Below are positions 37,175 through 46,811 of a stretch of DNA of 46,811 nucleotides, piece after piece. How positions within the stretch are numbered: position 1 is the first letter of the stretch; each line of letters opens with the position of its first letter. Made by a program: the position numbers and the translations under genes. Source of the stretch: Candidatus Azotimanducaceae bacterium (lineage in GTDB: Bacteria > Pseudomonadota > Gammaproteobacteria > Pseudomonadales > Azotimanducaceae); contig JBLHRT010000001.1 of NCBI GenBank assembly GCA_047626255.1, positions 1-46,811 on the forward strand, written 5' to 3'. The notes under the pieces are model-generated. The model ran no database searches, was not told where the DNA came from, and saw nothing but the letters and a program-made list of their open reading frames with translations.

Positions 37175-37993
37175 CTACGATGTGAGCGTGGGTCGAAGCA
37201 AGCGCCTAACAGGTAGCGTCTGCACCGATTGATCAAACCAAAGCTCAAACGCTAGAGCCGCCTGTTCAACCAGCATACCGAGGCCATCGCTGGTGGCCTG
37301 GGGTCTTGACTGCAGACACCATTGGATAAAACTAGTCTGAGTCGCGCCATAAACCATATCATAGCAGCAACTGTCGGGCCCGATGACATGTTGAGGGATA
37401 TCTGGCACCCGGGCACTGAGGCCCGCGGACGTGCCGTTTATAATAATATCGTAGTTCGACTGTAGGGCCTGGGTGGTCACCGCTCGCAGTGGACGCTCAA
37501 ATTTTCCTGCGAGTATCTCGGCCGTCTCTGCTGTTCTATTCCACAGATGCACAGACGCCGGTTGCATAGCCAACAAGTTCATCAATACGCCCTGAACAGC
37601 CCCGCCAGCACCCAGCACCAGTATGCGCTTGGATTGCAGGGACCAGCCTAGGTTTTGTAACAGGTCGATAATCAATCCGGGACCGTCAGTGTTGGCTCCC
37701 AGTAAGCGCCCATCCTTGAGCACCTTGATGGTGTTGACCGCTCGAGCCTGCTTGGCGCCGGGTGTCAGCTCGTCCGCCAAGCCAAACGCAGCACCTTTAA
37801 ACGGCACGGTGATGTTAAAGCCAACGCCGCCCTGGGTAATAAACTCGCGTGCACACGTCTCAAAACCATTCAGGGGAGCTGTGATTTTTTCATAATTGAT
37901 CGCTACGCCAACTTGCTGAGCAAACGCCTGATGGATCAGCGGCGATTTACTGTGCTCCACGGGGTGACCAAAGACAGCCAGTTGATGCATCAT
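37175..37993 (-). CDS. aroE: shikimate dehydrogenase
   Basis: VFGHPVEHSKSPLIH, NITVPFK and GAGGA are present. Its start overlaps the tsaC stop (ATGA). Confidence 0.9.
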   Translation of the reverse strand: MMHQLAVFGHPVEHSKSPLIHQAFAQQVGVAINYEKITAPLNGFETCAREFITQGGVGFNITVPFKGAAFGLADELTPGAKQARAVNTIKVLKDGRLLGANTDGPGLIIDLLQNLGWSLQSKRILVLGAGGAVQGVLMNLLAMQPASVHLWNRTAETAEILAGKFERPLRAVTTQALQSNYDIIINGTSAGLSARVPDIPQHVIGPDSCCYDMVYGATQTSFIQWCLQSRPQATSDGLGMLVEQAALAFELWFDQSVQTLPVRRLLRPTLTS

Positions 37994-38544
37994 TCGTCTG
38001 CCTGCACCTGAGCGGCTCGCAGAACCTCGCCGCTCACCAGATCTCGTATCTCGCTGGCACCCGCAAGCCCGCCCAATCGTCCTGGCACAACGGTATCAAT
38101 AGTACCTTTAAAATACTGCGTCACTTTAAGCCGGGTTAACGCCGACGGCTTACCCGATGGATTAGCTGACGTCGATACCATGGGCTGACCTAGGCGTGCG
38201 CAAATACCCGCAACCACGGGGTGACTCGAGACACGCAACGCTACCTTATCACTGTCGCCGGCAACCCAATCAGGTACACGACGACTTCGGGGCACAAGAA
38301 AAGTGATTGGACCGGGCCAGGCCTGAGCCAGTATTTCGCGCTGCGCGGCAGTGATAACACCCATATAGGGCTCACACTGGGCAAGGTCAGCCGCTACCAA
38401 AATAAGACCCTGCTGCCAGCGGCGGTGTTTCATTGTCAAAATGCGCTCAACCGCCTCACGCTTCTCCGGTACACATCCTAACCCCCAAACACCTTCTGTC
38501 GGATAAGCGATGACCTCGCCCTCGAGCAGCCGATTGGCAATCAT
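37990..38544 (-). CDS. tsaC: L-threonylcarbamoyladenylate synthase (YrdC/TsaC type)
   Basis: It is a 184-aa YrdC domain (IAYPTEGVWGLGC, VSTSAN) in a tsaC-aroE arrangement. Confidence 0.88.
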   Translation of the reverse strand: MIANRLLEGEVIAYPTEGVWGLGCVPEKREAVERILTMKHRRWQQGLILVAADLAQCEPYMGVITAAQREILAQAWPGPITFLVPRSRRVPDWVAGDSDKVALRVSSHPVVAGICARLGQPMVSTSANPSGKPSALTRLKVTQYFKGTIDTVVPGRLGGLAGASEIRDLVSGEVLRAAQVQADE

Positions 38545-38724
38545 TTTAAAACGCCAAGTGTCAGGCTGGACTTGCGGTTTGTTGATGACGTTATTCCTTC
38601 AAGTAGACAGTTTAGGTAGACAATACAAGTAGCGAATAGCATTCCGCATCCGCGACTCATCAATGAATAATGAGAGCGCAGAACTTACCTTAGTCGATGT
38701 CGGCTTTCAAGAACCCAGCGGGGA

Positions 38725-39861
38725 TTAGGAATGGGGTGTCGGCCAGCGCTCAACAAGGCTGTAGCCTCCCGTCTGTGAACGCACCAAACCTTGCACTTCT
38801 AACCTGACCAGCGCACCCAGAATATCGCCCGCGGGCTGGCGTAATCGGGCCGCAAGCCGATCGCAACTCTGACGCTCAAGATCGAGAATCTTCAACAGGT
38901 CAACCTGCAACGGACTCAGGTTCAACGCGCTCACGGCGTCTGGCATGTCAGGCAAGCACGGCACAAAATCAGGCAGCTCACTAAGAATATCCTCGACACT
39001 CGCGGCAAGTGTGGCCCCGTCGCGCAGCAGGTTATGACAGCCTTCTGACAGTTTACTATGGATGGAGCCCGGTACCGCAAAGACTTCTCTACCTTGCTCC
39101 ATGGCCAATCGGGCGGAAATCAGCGAACCGCTCCTGTGTCGCGCCTCAATGATCAACGTGCCAAGACTCAAACCAGTCACAAGGCGATTGCGCTGCGGAA
39201 ACTGATGCGGCTCAACCCCAGTGCCTAGCGGAAACTCGGAGACTACAAGACCCTGGTCACCTATCTCAGCCTGCAATGTCTTGTGTTCACGGGGATACAC
39301 TTGATCCAAGCCGGTGCCAAGCACGGCTATGGTGGCACCACCCACCCCAAGACAGGCTCGATGCGCAATCCCATCGATACCTCGCGCCATACCACTGGTG
39401 ATAATCAAGCCTGCTAAGCTCAACTCCCTTACCATCCCAATCGCCACCTGCCGACCATAACGACTAGGCTGGCGACTACCGACGACGGCCAGTTGCGGCC
39501 GCGCCAACAGGCTGATGTCGCCGACACTAAACAATCCCAGGGGTGGGTCATCAATCTCCTGTAGGCGTCCGGGATAGGCACTTGATCCTGGAGAGAGAAA
39601 GCAATGATCAGGTGCCTTGAGCCATTCCACGTCGCACTGCACACGCTCAGCAAGTTGCGGGTCTTGCAGGCGGGCTTGAAGGTCTATGGCGGTGCCATAT
39701 TTGATGCCGCACTCTTGCGCATGCAAGGCGGCGCGAAAGCCCAAGACAGCATCGCCCGCAGAATCAAAACGTGCGAGCAATCGCCGAGCTAGGCGAGGCT
39801 GACAAGCCGTTGCTCGAATCACGAGCAGTAGTGGTGCAATATCAATTTCAGGCAGGGGCAC
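38725..39861 (-). CDS. dprA: DNA-processing protein DprA (Smf)
   Basis: VVGSRQPSRYG, SGMARGIDGIAH, VLGTGLDQVYP and a C-terminal winged-helix region are present. The apparent start is a GTG at 39861. Confidence 0.88.
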   Translation of the reverse strand: MPLPEIDIAPLLLVIRATACQPRLARRLLARFDSAGDAVLGFRAALHAQECGIKYGTAIDLQARLQDPQLAERVQCDVEWLKAPDHCFLSPGSSAYPGRLQEIDDPPLGLFSVGDISLLARPQLAVVGSRQPSRYGRQVAIGMVRELSLAGLIITSGMARGIDGIAHRACLGVGGATIAVLGTGLDQVYPREHKTLQAEIGDQGLVVSEFPLGTGVEPHQFPQRNRLVTGLSLGTLIIEARHRSGSLISARLAMEQGREVFAVPGSIHSKLSEGCHNLLRDGATLAASVEDILSELPDFVPCLPDMPDAVSALNLSPLQVDLLKILDLERQSCDRLAARLRQPAGDILGALVRLEVQGLVRSQTGGYSLVERWPTPHS

Positions 39862-39865
39862 GCGG

Positions 39866-39907
39866 GTCTCCCATGACGGGCCACATTGTATGGCGTCATG
39901 GAGAGAC
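39866..39907 (-). promoter_or_regulatory. 13-bp hairpin (one bulged A) that includes the dprA Shine-Dalgarno sequence
   Basis: The minus strand reads GTCTCTCCATGACG-ccatacaatgtggcc-CGTCATGGGAGAC-ccgc-GTG. The GGGAGA in the 3' arm ends 6 nt before the GTG start of dprA. No U-run follows the hairpin. Confidence 0.5.
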
Positions 39908-39944
39908 TAGCAGAATCTTTGGTGGGGGTGAGAGAGCTTAGCGC

Positions 39945-41003
39945 TTAGGGGTTTTGTAGCTGATCGCCGACACGAATTGGCTCGTCTGTCTGCAACACAA
40001 GGCCGTAAGCCATCTTCTCGAACGTACGAAAGACCATCAGCAAGCCGACACGTTCTGCAGGCAAGCGCACCTGCTCACGGCGTACCGCATCGCGAACTAT
40101 CTTGCCCACTTTATAAATCGCCAGAACATCGCCTACGTCGAGACCATTGATCTCGCCTCGATTAATAGCGACAACCTCGTTTTTGCCGATCATCGTGGCG
40201 CCATCCATCAGGTTCATCACGACACCGTTCACCTCGCGATCTGGTGAGGTAGGATAAAACACTGACTCAACTCGACGCTCTTCGGTAGCCAGCAAGCGGT
40301 CACCAATACGCACATCTTGTTTGATCGATGTCAGTCGCATGGTGTAAAGATCATCGGCGCGCCGCAATACGCTGGCAACACCCAACTCTTTGGCTTCGTA
40401 GCCCAGAACCTCGCGCGTCACAGGATCTTGGTAGACCTCACCAGACCGAAAAATGCCATAAATAGATGTCCCGCCCTCCCACTGACCACGAGCATAAAAC
40501 TCATCACCCGGGCCGAACACCAGGCGCTCACTTTCTCCAGCGAGAACATGGGGCGCGTTTTCAAGAACGTTGGGGCCGACGATGCGCCCTGTGGTCAGCA
40601 AACCGGCGATAGCGCCCATAGGAATGGCAGGAATAGAACTGGTGAGCGGCGCGGTACGTACCAGCGGTGAGAGCTTGATGTCGGGGTTCGGCTCCGGCGT
40701 CAGCCGAATAGTACGACCATCATCGCCTCGAGAGACCGATAACTGGGGCTTGCCATCGACATATCGCAATGCAATCTCATCACCGGGATAAATCAGGTGA
40801 GGATTATCGATATCTGGATTCACGTCCCAGATTTCTGGCCAGCGCCAGGCATCGGTGAGAAACATGGACGAAATATCCCACAGCGTGTCGCCTTTTTTCA
40901 CTACATAGCGATCAGGGTGGTCCGGTCTTAGTAAATTGTCGGCCGCAAAACTACCCTGCACAAGCATAACGCTCAGGGCGATGGCGATAAGAATTTTCCT
41001 CAT
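39945..41003 (-). CDS. LysM peptidoglycan-binding protein (TsaP-like)
   Basis: It has a signal peptide and an N-terminal LysM domain (YVVKKGDTLWDISSMF...IYPGDEIAL). It sits between def and dprA, like PA0020/TsaP. Confidence 0.8.
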   Translation of the reverse strand: MRKILIAIALSVMLVQGSFAADNLLRPDHPDRYVVKKGDTLWDISSMFLTDAWRWPEIWDVNPDIDNPHLIYPGDEIALRYVDGKPQLSVSRGDDGRTIRLTPEPNPDIKLSPLVRTAPLTSSIPAIPMGAIAGLLTTGRIVGPNVLENAPHVLAGESERLVFGPGDEFYARGQWEGGTSIYGIFRSGEVYQDPVTREVLGYEAKELGVASVLRRADDLYTMRLTSIKQDVRIGDRLLATEERRVESVFYPTSPDREVNGVVMNLMDGATMIGKNEVVAINRGEINGLDVGDVLAIYKVGKIVRDAVRREQVRLPAERVGLLMVFRTFEKMAYGLVLQTDEPIRVGDQLQNP

Positions 41004-41146
41004 AGGGCGAATCCCATCCTCAAAACGAGTACAATATCAGGTTATTCAACCCGATACGTTCATCAGACGATGAACTGAAATATCAACGTGATCATAATCT
41101 TAGCAGCACAAGTTGCGCTATTACTATAGGTATGCAAGTAAACACC

Positions 41147-41650
41147 ATGGCCCTACTAGATATTCTCGAATTTCCAGACCCCAGACTGCGAACCGTCGCG
41201 CGTTCCGTGACCGAGGTCAATAACCGAATTATGACCCTCTGCGATGACATGCTTGAAACCATGTACGCTGCGCCTGGTATTGGTCTGGCCGCAAGTCAGA
41301 TAAATGTACACCAGCGCCTGTTGGTCGTGGACGTCTCCGAAGATAAGTCGGAGCCCCTCGTATTCATTAATCCAGAGATCGTCGAGAGTGACGGTAAAAT
41401 TGAAACCGATGAGGGCTGCCTGTCGATACCCGGTTTTTATGAGCCCGTGATTCGCTTCGAGAAAATACAGGTCAAGGCCCTCGATCGACAAGGTGAGGTT
41501 TTCGTTATCGATGCTGACGATTTACTCGCTGTTTGCATCCAACATGAAATGGATCATCTCGAGGGCAAGCTGTTTGTCGATTACATATCGACCACCAAAC
41601 GCCAGATGATTCGCAAAAAACTACTCAAGCAGCAAAAGTACCGTGATTAG
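41147..41650 (+). CDS. def: peptide deformylase
   Basis: [28 protein letters not shown] and HEMDH are present. The ATG at 41132 is an alternative start. Confidence 0.93.
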   Translation: MALLDILEFPDPRLRTVARSVTEVNNRIMTLCDDMLETMYAAPGIGLAASQINVHQRLLVVDVSEDKSEPLVFINPEIVESDGKIETDEGCLSIPGFYEPVIRFEKIQVKALDRQGEVFVIDADDLLAVCIQHEMDHLEGKLFVDYISTTKRQMIRKKLLKQQKYRD

Positions 41651-41659
41651 GCGGGCAAC

Positions 41660-42601
41660 ATGAAGATCCTGTTTGCCGGAACACCGGCGTTCGCTGCCGA
41701 GCACTTAACAGCATTGATGGCCAGTGAGCACAAGGTTGTGGGTGTGATCACCCAGCCAGACAAGCCCGGTAAGCGGGGTAAGCAACCCATCCCATCTGCA
41801 GTCAAACAAGTTGCTCTGGCGTACCAGTTACCGTTATTGCAACCAACGCGCTTACGCCTCTGCGATTTACAAGAAGTGGTAGCTGACATCATGGTAGTCG
41901 TGGCCTATGGCCAAATACTCAAACCCGACGTACTGGCCTATCCACGTCTAGGCTGTATCAATGTGCACGGCTCTGTCTTGCCCCAATGGCGCGGCGCAGC
42001 ACCTATTCAGCGCGCTATTCTCGCCGGTGATAGCATCTCTGGCATCTGTATCATGGAGATGGACGCTGGCCTGGATACGGGCGCAGTACTGCAATGTCGC
42101 CAGATATCTGTCGCGCCCCGTGAAACCAGTGCGAGCCTATCCGAAAAACTCAGCCAGCTTGGTCAGCAAGCCCTGCTGGCAGTATTAGCCAACTTAGCAG
42201 CCGGTCTAGCCCAGGCCGTGCCTCAAGTGGGGGAGCCAAGTTATGCACGCAAGCTTGAAAAGCTTGAGGCGCAGATTGACTGGACGCTGCCAGCGCAAGA
42301 CATTGACAAGCATATTCGTGGATTCAATCCAGACCCGGTCGCGTTTACCCACCTCGACGACCTGCGCTTGAAGGTTTGGTCGGCGGCGCCCTGCGCCCCT
42401 GATACTCAAGCAAGCAGACACTCGGGGCAGCCTGGTGAGATTCTTGATGTCGAAAAGCGTGGTGTACTCGTGTCCTGTGGCGTTGACAACCTGTGGTTGC
42501 AATCTATCCAAGTTCCGCTGGGCAAAGGTCGCATTCTTAGCGGCGCAGATATTCTCAATTCCCGCAAAGCGCTGTTTGCTAGCGGGACAGTTCTGCGCTG
42601 A
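41660..42601 (+). CDS. fmt: methionyl-tRNA formyltransferase
   Basis: MKILFAGTP.FA, NVHGSVLPQWRGAAPIQRAI and the def-fmt order support the call. Confidence 0.95.
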   Translation: MKILFAGTPAFAAEHLTALMASEHKVVGVITQPDKPGKRGKQPIPSAVKQVALAYQLPLLQPTRLRLCDLQEVVADIMVVVAYGQILKPDVLAYPRLGCINVHGSVLPQWRGAAPIQRAILAGDSISGICIMEMDAGLDTGAVLQCRQISVAPRETSASLSEKLSQLGQQALLAVLANLAAGLAQAVPQVGEPSYARKLEKLEAQIDWTLPAQDIDKHIRGFNPDPVAFTHLDDLRLKVWSAAPCAPDTQASRHSGQPGEILDVEKRGVLVSCGVDNLWLQSIQVPLGKGRILSGADILNSRKALFASGTVLR

Positions 42602-43884
42602 TGCAAGAGTATATTTCAGCTGTCAGAGTACTTCGAGCCGTCATTCAGGAAGGCAAATCTTTGGATGGTCGCTTTAACAGTGAAGATTCTGCCCTCGCCA
42701 AGCAAATCAGTTATGGCGTTATCCGCGATTATTATCATCTATCGTCGTTGCTCAACACGCTCGTCAAAAAACCCTTGGTGGGCAAGAACGCCGACCTGAA
42801 CCTGCTGCTACTTGCCGGGCTGTACAGTGTCGACCAGCTCAATCGACCAGCCCACGCCAGTGTTAATGCGGTCGTCAATGCAACGCACGGCCTCAAGGCT
42901 GGCTGGGCGAAGGGCTTGGTCAACGGCGTGCTACGCAACTATTTGCGCCAAACCAGTAAAGACAACGACGCTCAGCCTGATGCAACACGTCATGATGAAC
43001 AGGTACGCTATAACCATCCCCAGTGGTTGATTGACAGACTCAAGCACGCCTGGCCGGAACAGGCCGAAAAGATCATGGCAGCCAATCTTGCGCGCCCGCC
43101 CATGACCCTGAGGGTGAACCAACAATTGATTTCCACCGCGGACTATTTGATGCGGCTCGAGCAACTACAGATTGCAGCGCGAATAGGCGAGTATGCAGCT
43201 AGCGCCATCTATCTCGACGCGCCCATGAAAGCCACCGCGTTGCCAGGCTTTGATGACGGTCAGATCAGTGTTCAGGATGAAGCCTCGCAACTGGCCGCTG
43301 GTGTGTTGGCCGCCGAACCCGGCATGTTCGTCCTGGATGCCTGCGCAGCACCCGGTGGCAAAACCTGCCATATTCTCGAGTCGACTCCAGGCCTTCACTT
43401 GACCGCTCTTGATCTGGAAGCCAGTCGCCTGAATACCGTCGAAGCTAATCTACGCAGACTCAACCTGCAGGCCCATTGCGAGGCGATAGATTTGCGCCTG
43501 TTCAAGCCCACACATAGATTCGACCGCATCTTGCTGGATGCACCCTGTTCAGCGACAGGCATCATTCGTCGGCATCCGGATATTAAGTTGCTGCGTCGAA
43601 ATTCAGATATTGATAAGCTGGCAGCAACTCAAATCGAGCTGTTGCGCGCTGCCTGGCAACTGCTGACCCCAGGCGGGGTGCTCATCTACTCGACCTGCTC
43701 AATACTGCCATCGGAAAATGAGGCGATTGTCGGGCAATTTGTTGCCGAGAACGACGACGCCCATCATCTACCCATCGATGCACATTGGGGCAAAGCGCAA
43801 ACCTATGGCCGGCAGTTGTTTCCTGATCCTCGCGGACACGACGGTTTTTATTACGCCCGCATCAGCAGAGCAAGACAGGCATGA
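42601..43884 (+). CDS. rsmB: 16S rRNA (cytosine967-C5)-methyltransferase
   Basis: It has a NusB-like N-terminus, a SAM-binding motif ([10 protein letters not shown]) and catalytic DAPCSATG and TCS motifs. Its start overlaps the fmt stop. Confidence 0.9.
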   Translation: MQEYISAVRVLRAVIQEGKSLDGRFNSEDSALAKQISYGVIRDYYHLSSLLNTLVKKPLVGKNADLNLLLLAGLYSVDQLNRPAHASVNAVVNATHGLKAGWAKGLVNGVLRNYLRQTSKDNDAQPDATRHDEQVRYNHPQWLIDRLKHAWPEQAEKIMAANLARPPMTLRVNQQLISTADYLMRLEQLQIAARIGEYAASAIYLDAPMKATALPGFDDGQISVQDEASQLAAGVLAAEPGMFVLDACAAPGGKTCHILESTPGLHLTALDLEASRLNTVEANLRRLNLQAHCEAIDLRLFKPTHRFDRILLDAPCSATGIIRRHPDIKLLRRNSDIDKLAATQIELLRAAWQLLTPGGVLIYSTCSILPSENEAIVGQFVAENDDAHHLPIDAHWGKAQTYGRQLFPDPRGHDGFYYARISRARQA

Positions 43885-45251
43885 AGATAATAATTCTTGG
43901 CGCAGGCGAAGTCGGCGGCAATTTGGCCCAGAACCTCACCAAAGAGGCCAGTGATATCACTGTCGTTGACAGCGACTCTGATCGTTTGAGAGTACTACAG
44001 GACCGTATTGATATCCGTACGGTACGTGGCATGGGTTCGCACCCTGATGTACTTCGTCAGGCTGGCGCCGAAGATGCCGATATGCTCATCGCTGTCACCA
44101 ACAGCGATGAGGTAAATATGGTGGCGTGTCAGGTGGCCTACTCCGTCTTTCATACCCCCACGAAAATCGCCCGCATTCGCTCTACCACGTATTTGGACTC
44201 TGGCATCTTTCGCAACGAGGCCATGCCTGTTGACTTCCTCGTCAATCCCGAGCAAATCGTTACCCAGGACATCTGTCGATTAATCGATAATCCCGGCGCC
44301 CTGCAAGTCATGGACTTTGCTGATGGTCAGGTACAACTCGTCGGCATCAAAGCTTACTACGGCGGTCCACTGGTGGATCAGGAACTACGTTACCTGCGTC
44401 AACATATGCCCACCGTCGATACCCGGGTAGCCGCCATTTTCCGTAAAAATCGCCCGATCACACCCCAAGGCGACACGATCATCGAGGCCGATGATGAGGT
44501 GTTTTTTATTGCCGCGGCGGAAGATATTCAGGCGGTCATGAGTGAGATGCGCCGCACCGAGCGACCCAATCGTCGATTGATTATTGCGGGTGGCGGTCAC
44601 ATCGGCCTAGGTCTTGCCCGAGCACTGGAAGGACGCTACGGTGTGCGCATTATCGAGCGCAGTCGGCAGCGTTGCTATGAGCTCTCTGAGTCACTTGACC
44701 GAACCATCGTTCTGGCCGGCGATGCCTCGGACAGAGCCCTGCTGCTAGAAGAGAATATCGAAGAAACTGATGTCTTTTGTGCGGTCACCAATGATGACGA
44801 AGCGAATATTATGTCATCGATGTTGGCCAAGAGCTTGGGCGCGCGCAAGGTCATCACGTTGATCAATAATCCCGCCTACGTGGACTTGATTGAGGGCAGC
44901 AATATCGATATTGCCGTGTCGCCCCAGCAAGCAACATTGGGCAGCATCCTTACACATATTCGACGCGGTGATGTCGTTAGAGTTCATTCCCTGCGTCGCG
45001 GAGCGGCAGAAGCCATTGAAGCCATTGCTCACGGTGATCGCCGTAGCTCAAAAGTCGTTGGCCGACGGCTAGAAGAAATAGAACTGCCGCCGGGCACTAA
45101 CATTGGCGCAATTGTTCGAGGCGATGACGTCATCATTGCCCACGACGATGTCGTCGTTGAACCGGATGATCATCTGATTTTGTTTCTCGTTGATAAGAGC
45201 CGAATGGCAGAAGTCGAGAAATTGTTTCAAGCACCCTTTACTTTTTTCTGA
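43881..45251 (+). CDS. trkA: Trk potassium uptake system NAD-binding subunit TrkA
   Basis: It has two tandem RCK/KTN domains ([13 protein letters not shown] and [12 protein letters not shown]). Confidence 0.93.
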   Translation: MKIIILGAGEVGGNLAQNLTKEASDITVVDSDSDRLRVLQDRIDIRTVRGMGSHPDVLRQAGAEDADMLIAVTNSDEVNMVACQVAYSVFHTPTKIARIRSTTYLDSGIFRNEAMPVDFLVNPEQIVTQDICRLIDNPGALQVMDFADGQVQLVGIKAYYGGPLVDQELRYLRQHMPTVDTRVAAIFRKNRPITPQGDTIIEADDEVFFIAAAEDIQAVMSEMRRTERPNRRLIIAGGGHIGLGLARALEGRYGVRIIERSRQRCYELSESLDRTIVLAGDASDRALLLEENIEETDVFCAVTNDDEANIMSSMLAKSLGARKVITLINNPAYVDLIEGSNIDIAVSPQQATLGSILTHIRRGDVVRVHSLRRGAAEAIEAIAHGDRRSSKVVGRRLEEIELPPGTNIGAIVRGDDVIIAHDDVVVEPDDHLILFLVDKSRMAEVEKLFQAPFTFF

Positions 45252-45260
45252 CGGTAACCA

Positions 45261-46709
45261 ATGCATATTCAAATTGCCTTCAGAATACTTGGCAGCCTCC
45301 TGATGATGTTCAGCTTGACGATGATCCCACCGATTATTGTCTCCTGGATATTTGCCGACGGCGTGGCCATCATTTTCGCTGACACCTTTCTGCTCACGTT
45401 AGCTGCCGGGGCAATTCTGTTCGGGCTGTTTCGCAACTATAAACAAGAAATGCGCACCAAGGATGGATTCTTAATCACCTTTCTGTTTTACACAGCACTG
45501 GGCTGTTTTGGCGCCATCCCTCTGGTACAAGAAGGTGGTATTACACTAAGTTGGGCCGATGCCTTATTCGAGTCGTTCTCGGGGCTCACCACAACCGGTG
45601 CCACCGTTATCACGGGTATCGACAACTTGCCCGAATCGATATTGTTCTACCGTCAGCAACTTCAATGGCTTGGTGGTATGGGCATCATCGTTTTGGCCGT
45701 GGCTATTTTACCCATGCTAGGCATTGGTGGTATGCAGCTATACCGTGCCGAAACGCCAGGTCCGCTCAAGGACAGCAAGCTCACTCCACGTATTAAAAAT
45801 ACAGCACTGGCTTTATGGTCTATTTATATCGGCTTGACACTACTTTGCGCCATATCTTACTGGTTAGCTGGCATGACAGCATTTGATGCGATATGTCATA
45901 GTTTTTCAACTATAGCCATTGGTGGCTTCTCAACACATGATGCCAGTATCGGCTATTTCGATTCGCTGGCGATTGAGTTGATTGCGATATTCTTTATGTT
46001 AATCGCCGGCATTAACTTCGGGTTGCACTTTTTTGCCTGGAAAGAACGTAGTTTCTGGCACTACTTACGTGATGAGGAAGTTAGGTTCTACCTGTCAATT
46101 CTCGTCACAGGAACACTGGTTGTTACCGCCGTGTTGTTTTTTACAGGGACCTATGAGGCTTTCCAAGCATTGCGATTTGCATCCTTCGCCGTTGTGTCGG
46201 TATTCACAACAACAGGGTTCGCCACAGCCGATTTCAGCGTCTGGCCTAATATGCTGCCATTCTTGGTATTTTTGGGCGCATTCACAGGCGCTTGTGCGGG
46301 CTCCACCGGTGGTGGAATGAAAGTCATGCGCGTCATGCTTATCTGTAAACAAGGGATCCGAGAGATTCATCGGCTTATTCATCCGAATGCCGTTTTTCCT
46401 ATCAAATTGAACAAACGTCCCGTCTCTACCGGCATTATCGAAGCTGTGTGGGGATTTTTCTCGATCTACGTCGTGATCTTTTTGTTCATGCTACTGGCAA
46501 TGATGGCTTGCGGGATGGATTTTGCCAGCGCGTTCTCAGCAGTAGGAGCCACCATGAACAACTTAGGACCAGGGCTTGGTAGTATCGCCTACCATTATTC
46601 TGATATCAGTGACTCTGCAAAATTGTTACTGTGTTTTTCAATGATGCTCGGACGACTTGAAATCTTCACCTTACTGGTATTGTTTACGCCGATGTTCTGG
46701 CGTAAATAG
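45261..46709 (+). CDS. trkH: Trk potassium uptake system membrane subunit TrkH
   Basis: It is a 482-aa polytopic protein. The N-terminus (RILGSLLMMFSLTMIPP) and pore-loop-type motifs (SGLTTTGAT, IAIGGFS, TTTGFAT) resemble TrkH. Confidence 0.9.
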   Translation: MHIQIAFRILGSLLMMFSLTMIPPIIVSWIFADGVAIIFADTFLLTLAAGAILFGLFRNYKQEMRTKDGFLITFLFYTALGCFGAIPLVQEGGITLSWADALFESFSGLTTTGATVITGIDNLPESILFYRQQLQWLGGMGIIVLAVAILPMLGIGGMQLYRAETPGPLKDSKLTPRIKNTALALWSIYIGLTLLCAISYWLAGMTAFDAICHSFSTIAIGGFSTHDASIGYFDSLAIELIAIFFMLIAGINFGLHFFAWKERSFWHYLRDEEVRFYLSILVTGTLVVTAVLFFTGTYEAFQALRFASFAVVSVFTTTGFATADFSVWPNMLPFLVFLGAFTGACAGSTGGGMKVMRVMLICKQGIREIHRLIHPNAVFPIKLNKRPVSTGIIEAVWGFFSIYVVIFLFMLLAMMACGMDFASAFSAVGATMNNLGPGLGSIAYHYSDISDSAKLLLCFSMMLGRLEIFTLLVLFTPMFWRK

Positions 46710-46811
46710 GTCTGTTGTATAATTCGTGGAGTTGGTTCACTAACGTCAGTACAGAGGCGTAGTATCAGGGGGACTGACTCGAAAACGTTTATATTCCCAT
46801 TGATACTGAGC

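Noticed and set aside
41058-41075. A 7-bp inverted repeat, gttcatc-agac-gatgaac, in the divergent LysM-gene / def promoter region.
   Set aside because: It is short and isolated, and a dyad of this size is expected by chance. It is noted only as a possible operator.

Overview
The window is a gene-dense stretch of core chromosome from a gammaproteobacterium. Gene order closely resembles the origin-proximal region of Pseudomonas and its relatives. In order, the blocks are: hemD-hemC-algR-algZ / argH / cyaY / lptM-lysA-dapF-DUF484-xerC-HAD; thrC; an isolated glnK; comM; cytochrome c5 plus an IMPDH-family paralog; an IHF-beta-like gene; acyl-CoA synthetase-dsbA-cc4 / engB / polA / DUF2782-thrB; a complete aa3-type cytochrome oxidase cluster (coxB-coxA-ctaG-coxC, DUF2909, SURF1, a SCO-like paralog, cyoE, SCO1); one unrecognised 232-aa ORF; yheV-prlC; aroE-tsaC, dprA, a LysM (TsaP-like) gene / def-fmt-rsmB-trkA-trkH. 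I see no rRNA, tRNA, CRISPR array, IS element, prophage or recognisable defence or toxin-antitoxin cassette. I do not see a multi-gene novel system. The most unusual signal is non-coding. The 536-nt polA-engB spacer is the slot that holds Spot 42 in E. coli and, as far as I recall, ErsA in P. aeruginosa. It contains four hand-foldable hairpins whose loops all carry the same G4-6/C4-6 motif, a strong minus-strand intrinsic terminator, and a 54-codon ORF with an in-frame 15-nt tandem repeat. Secondary observations are listed below:
- glnK has no amtB but does have a sigma54/NtrC-type upstream region.
- A second SCO-like thioredoxin-fold protein sits where heme A synthase (COX15) usually lies, and no ctaA is present.
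- A 13-bp hairpin sequesters the dprA Shine-Dalgarno sequence.
- yheV uses a TTG start that overlaps the end of prlC.
- Several short tandem repeats and palindromes are present.
All calls come from reading the sequence and the supplied translations. No database search was run.
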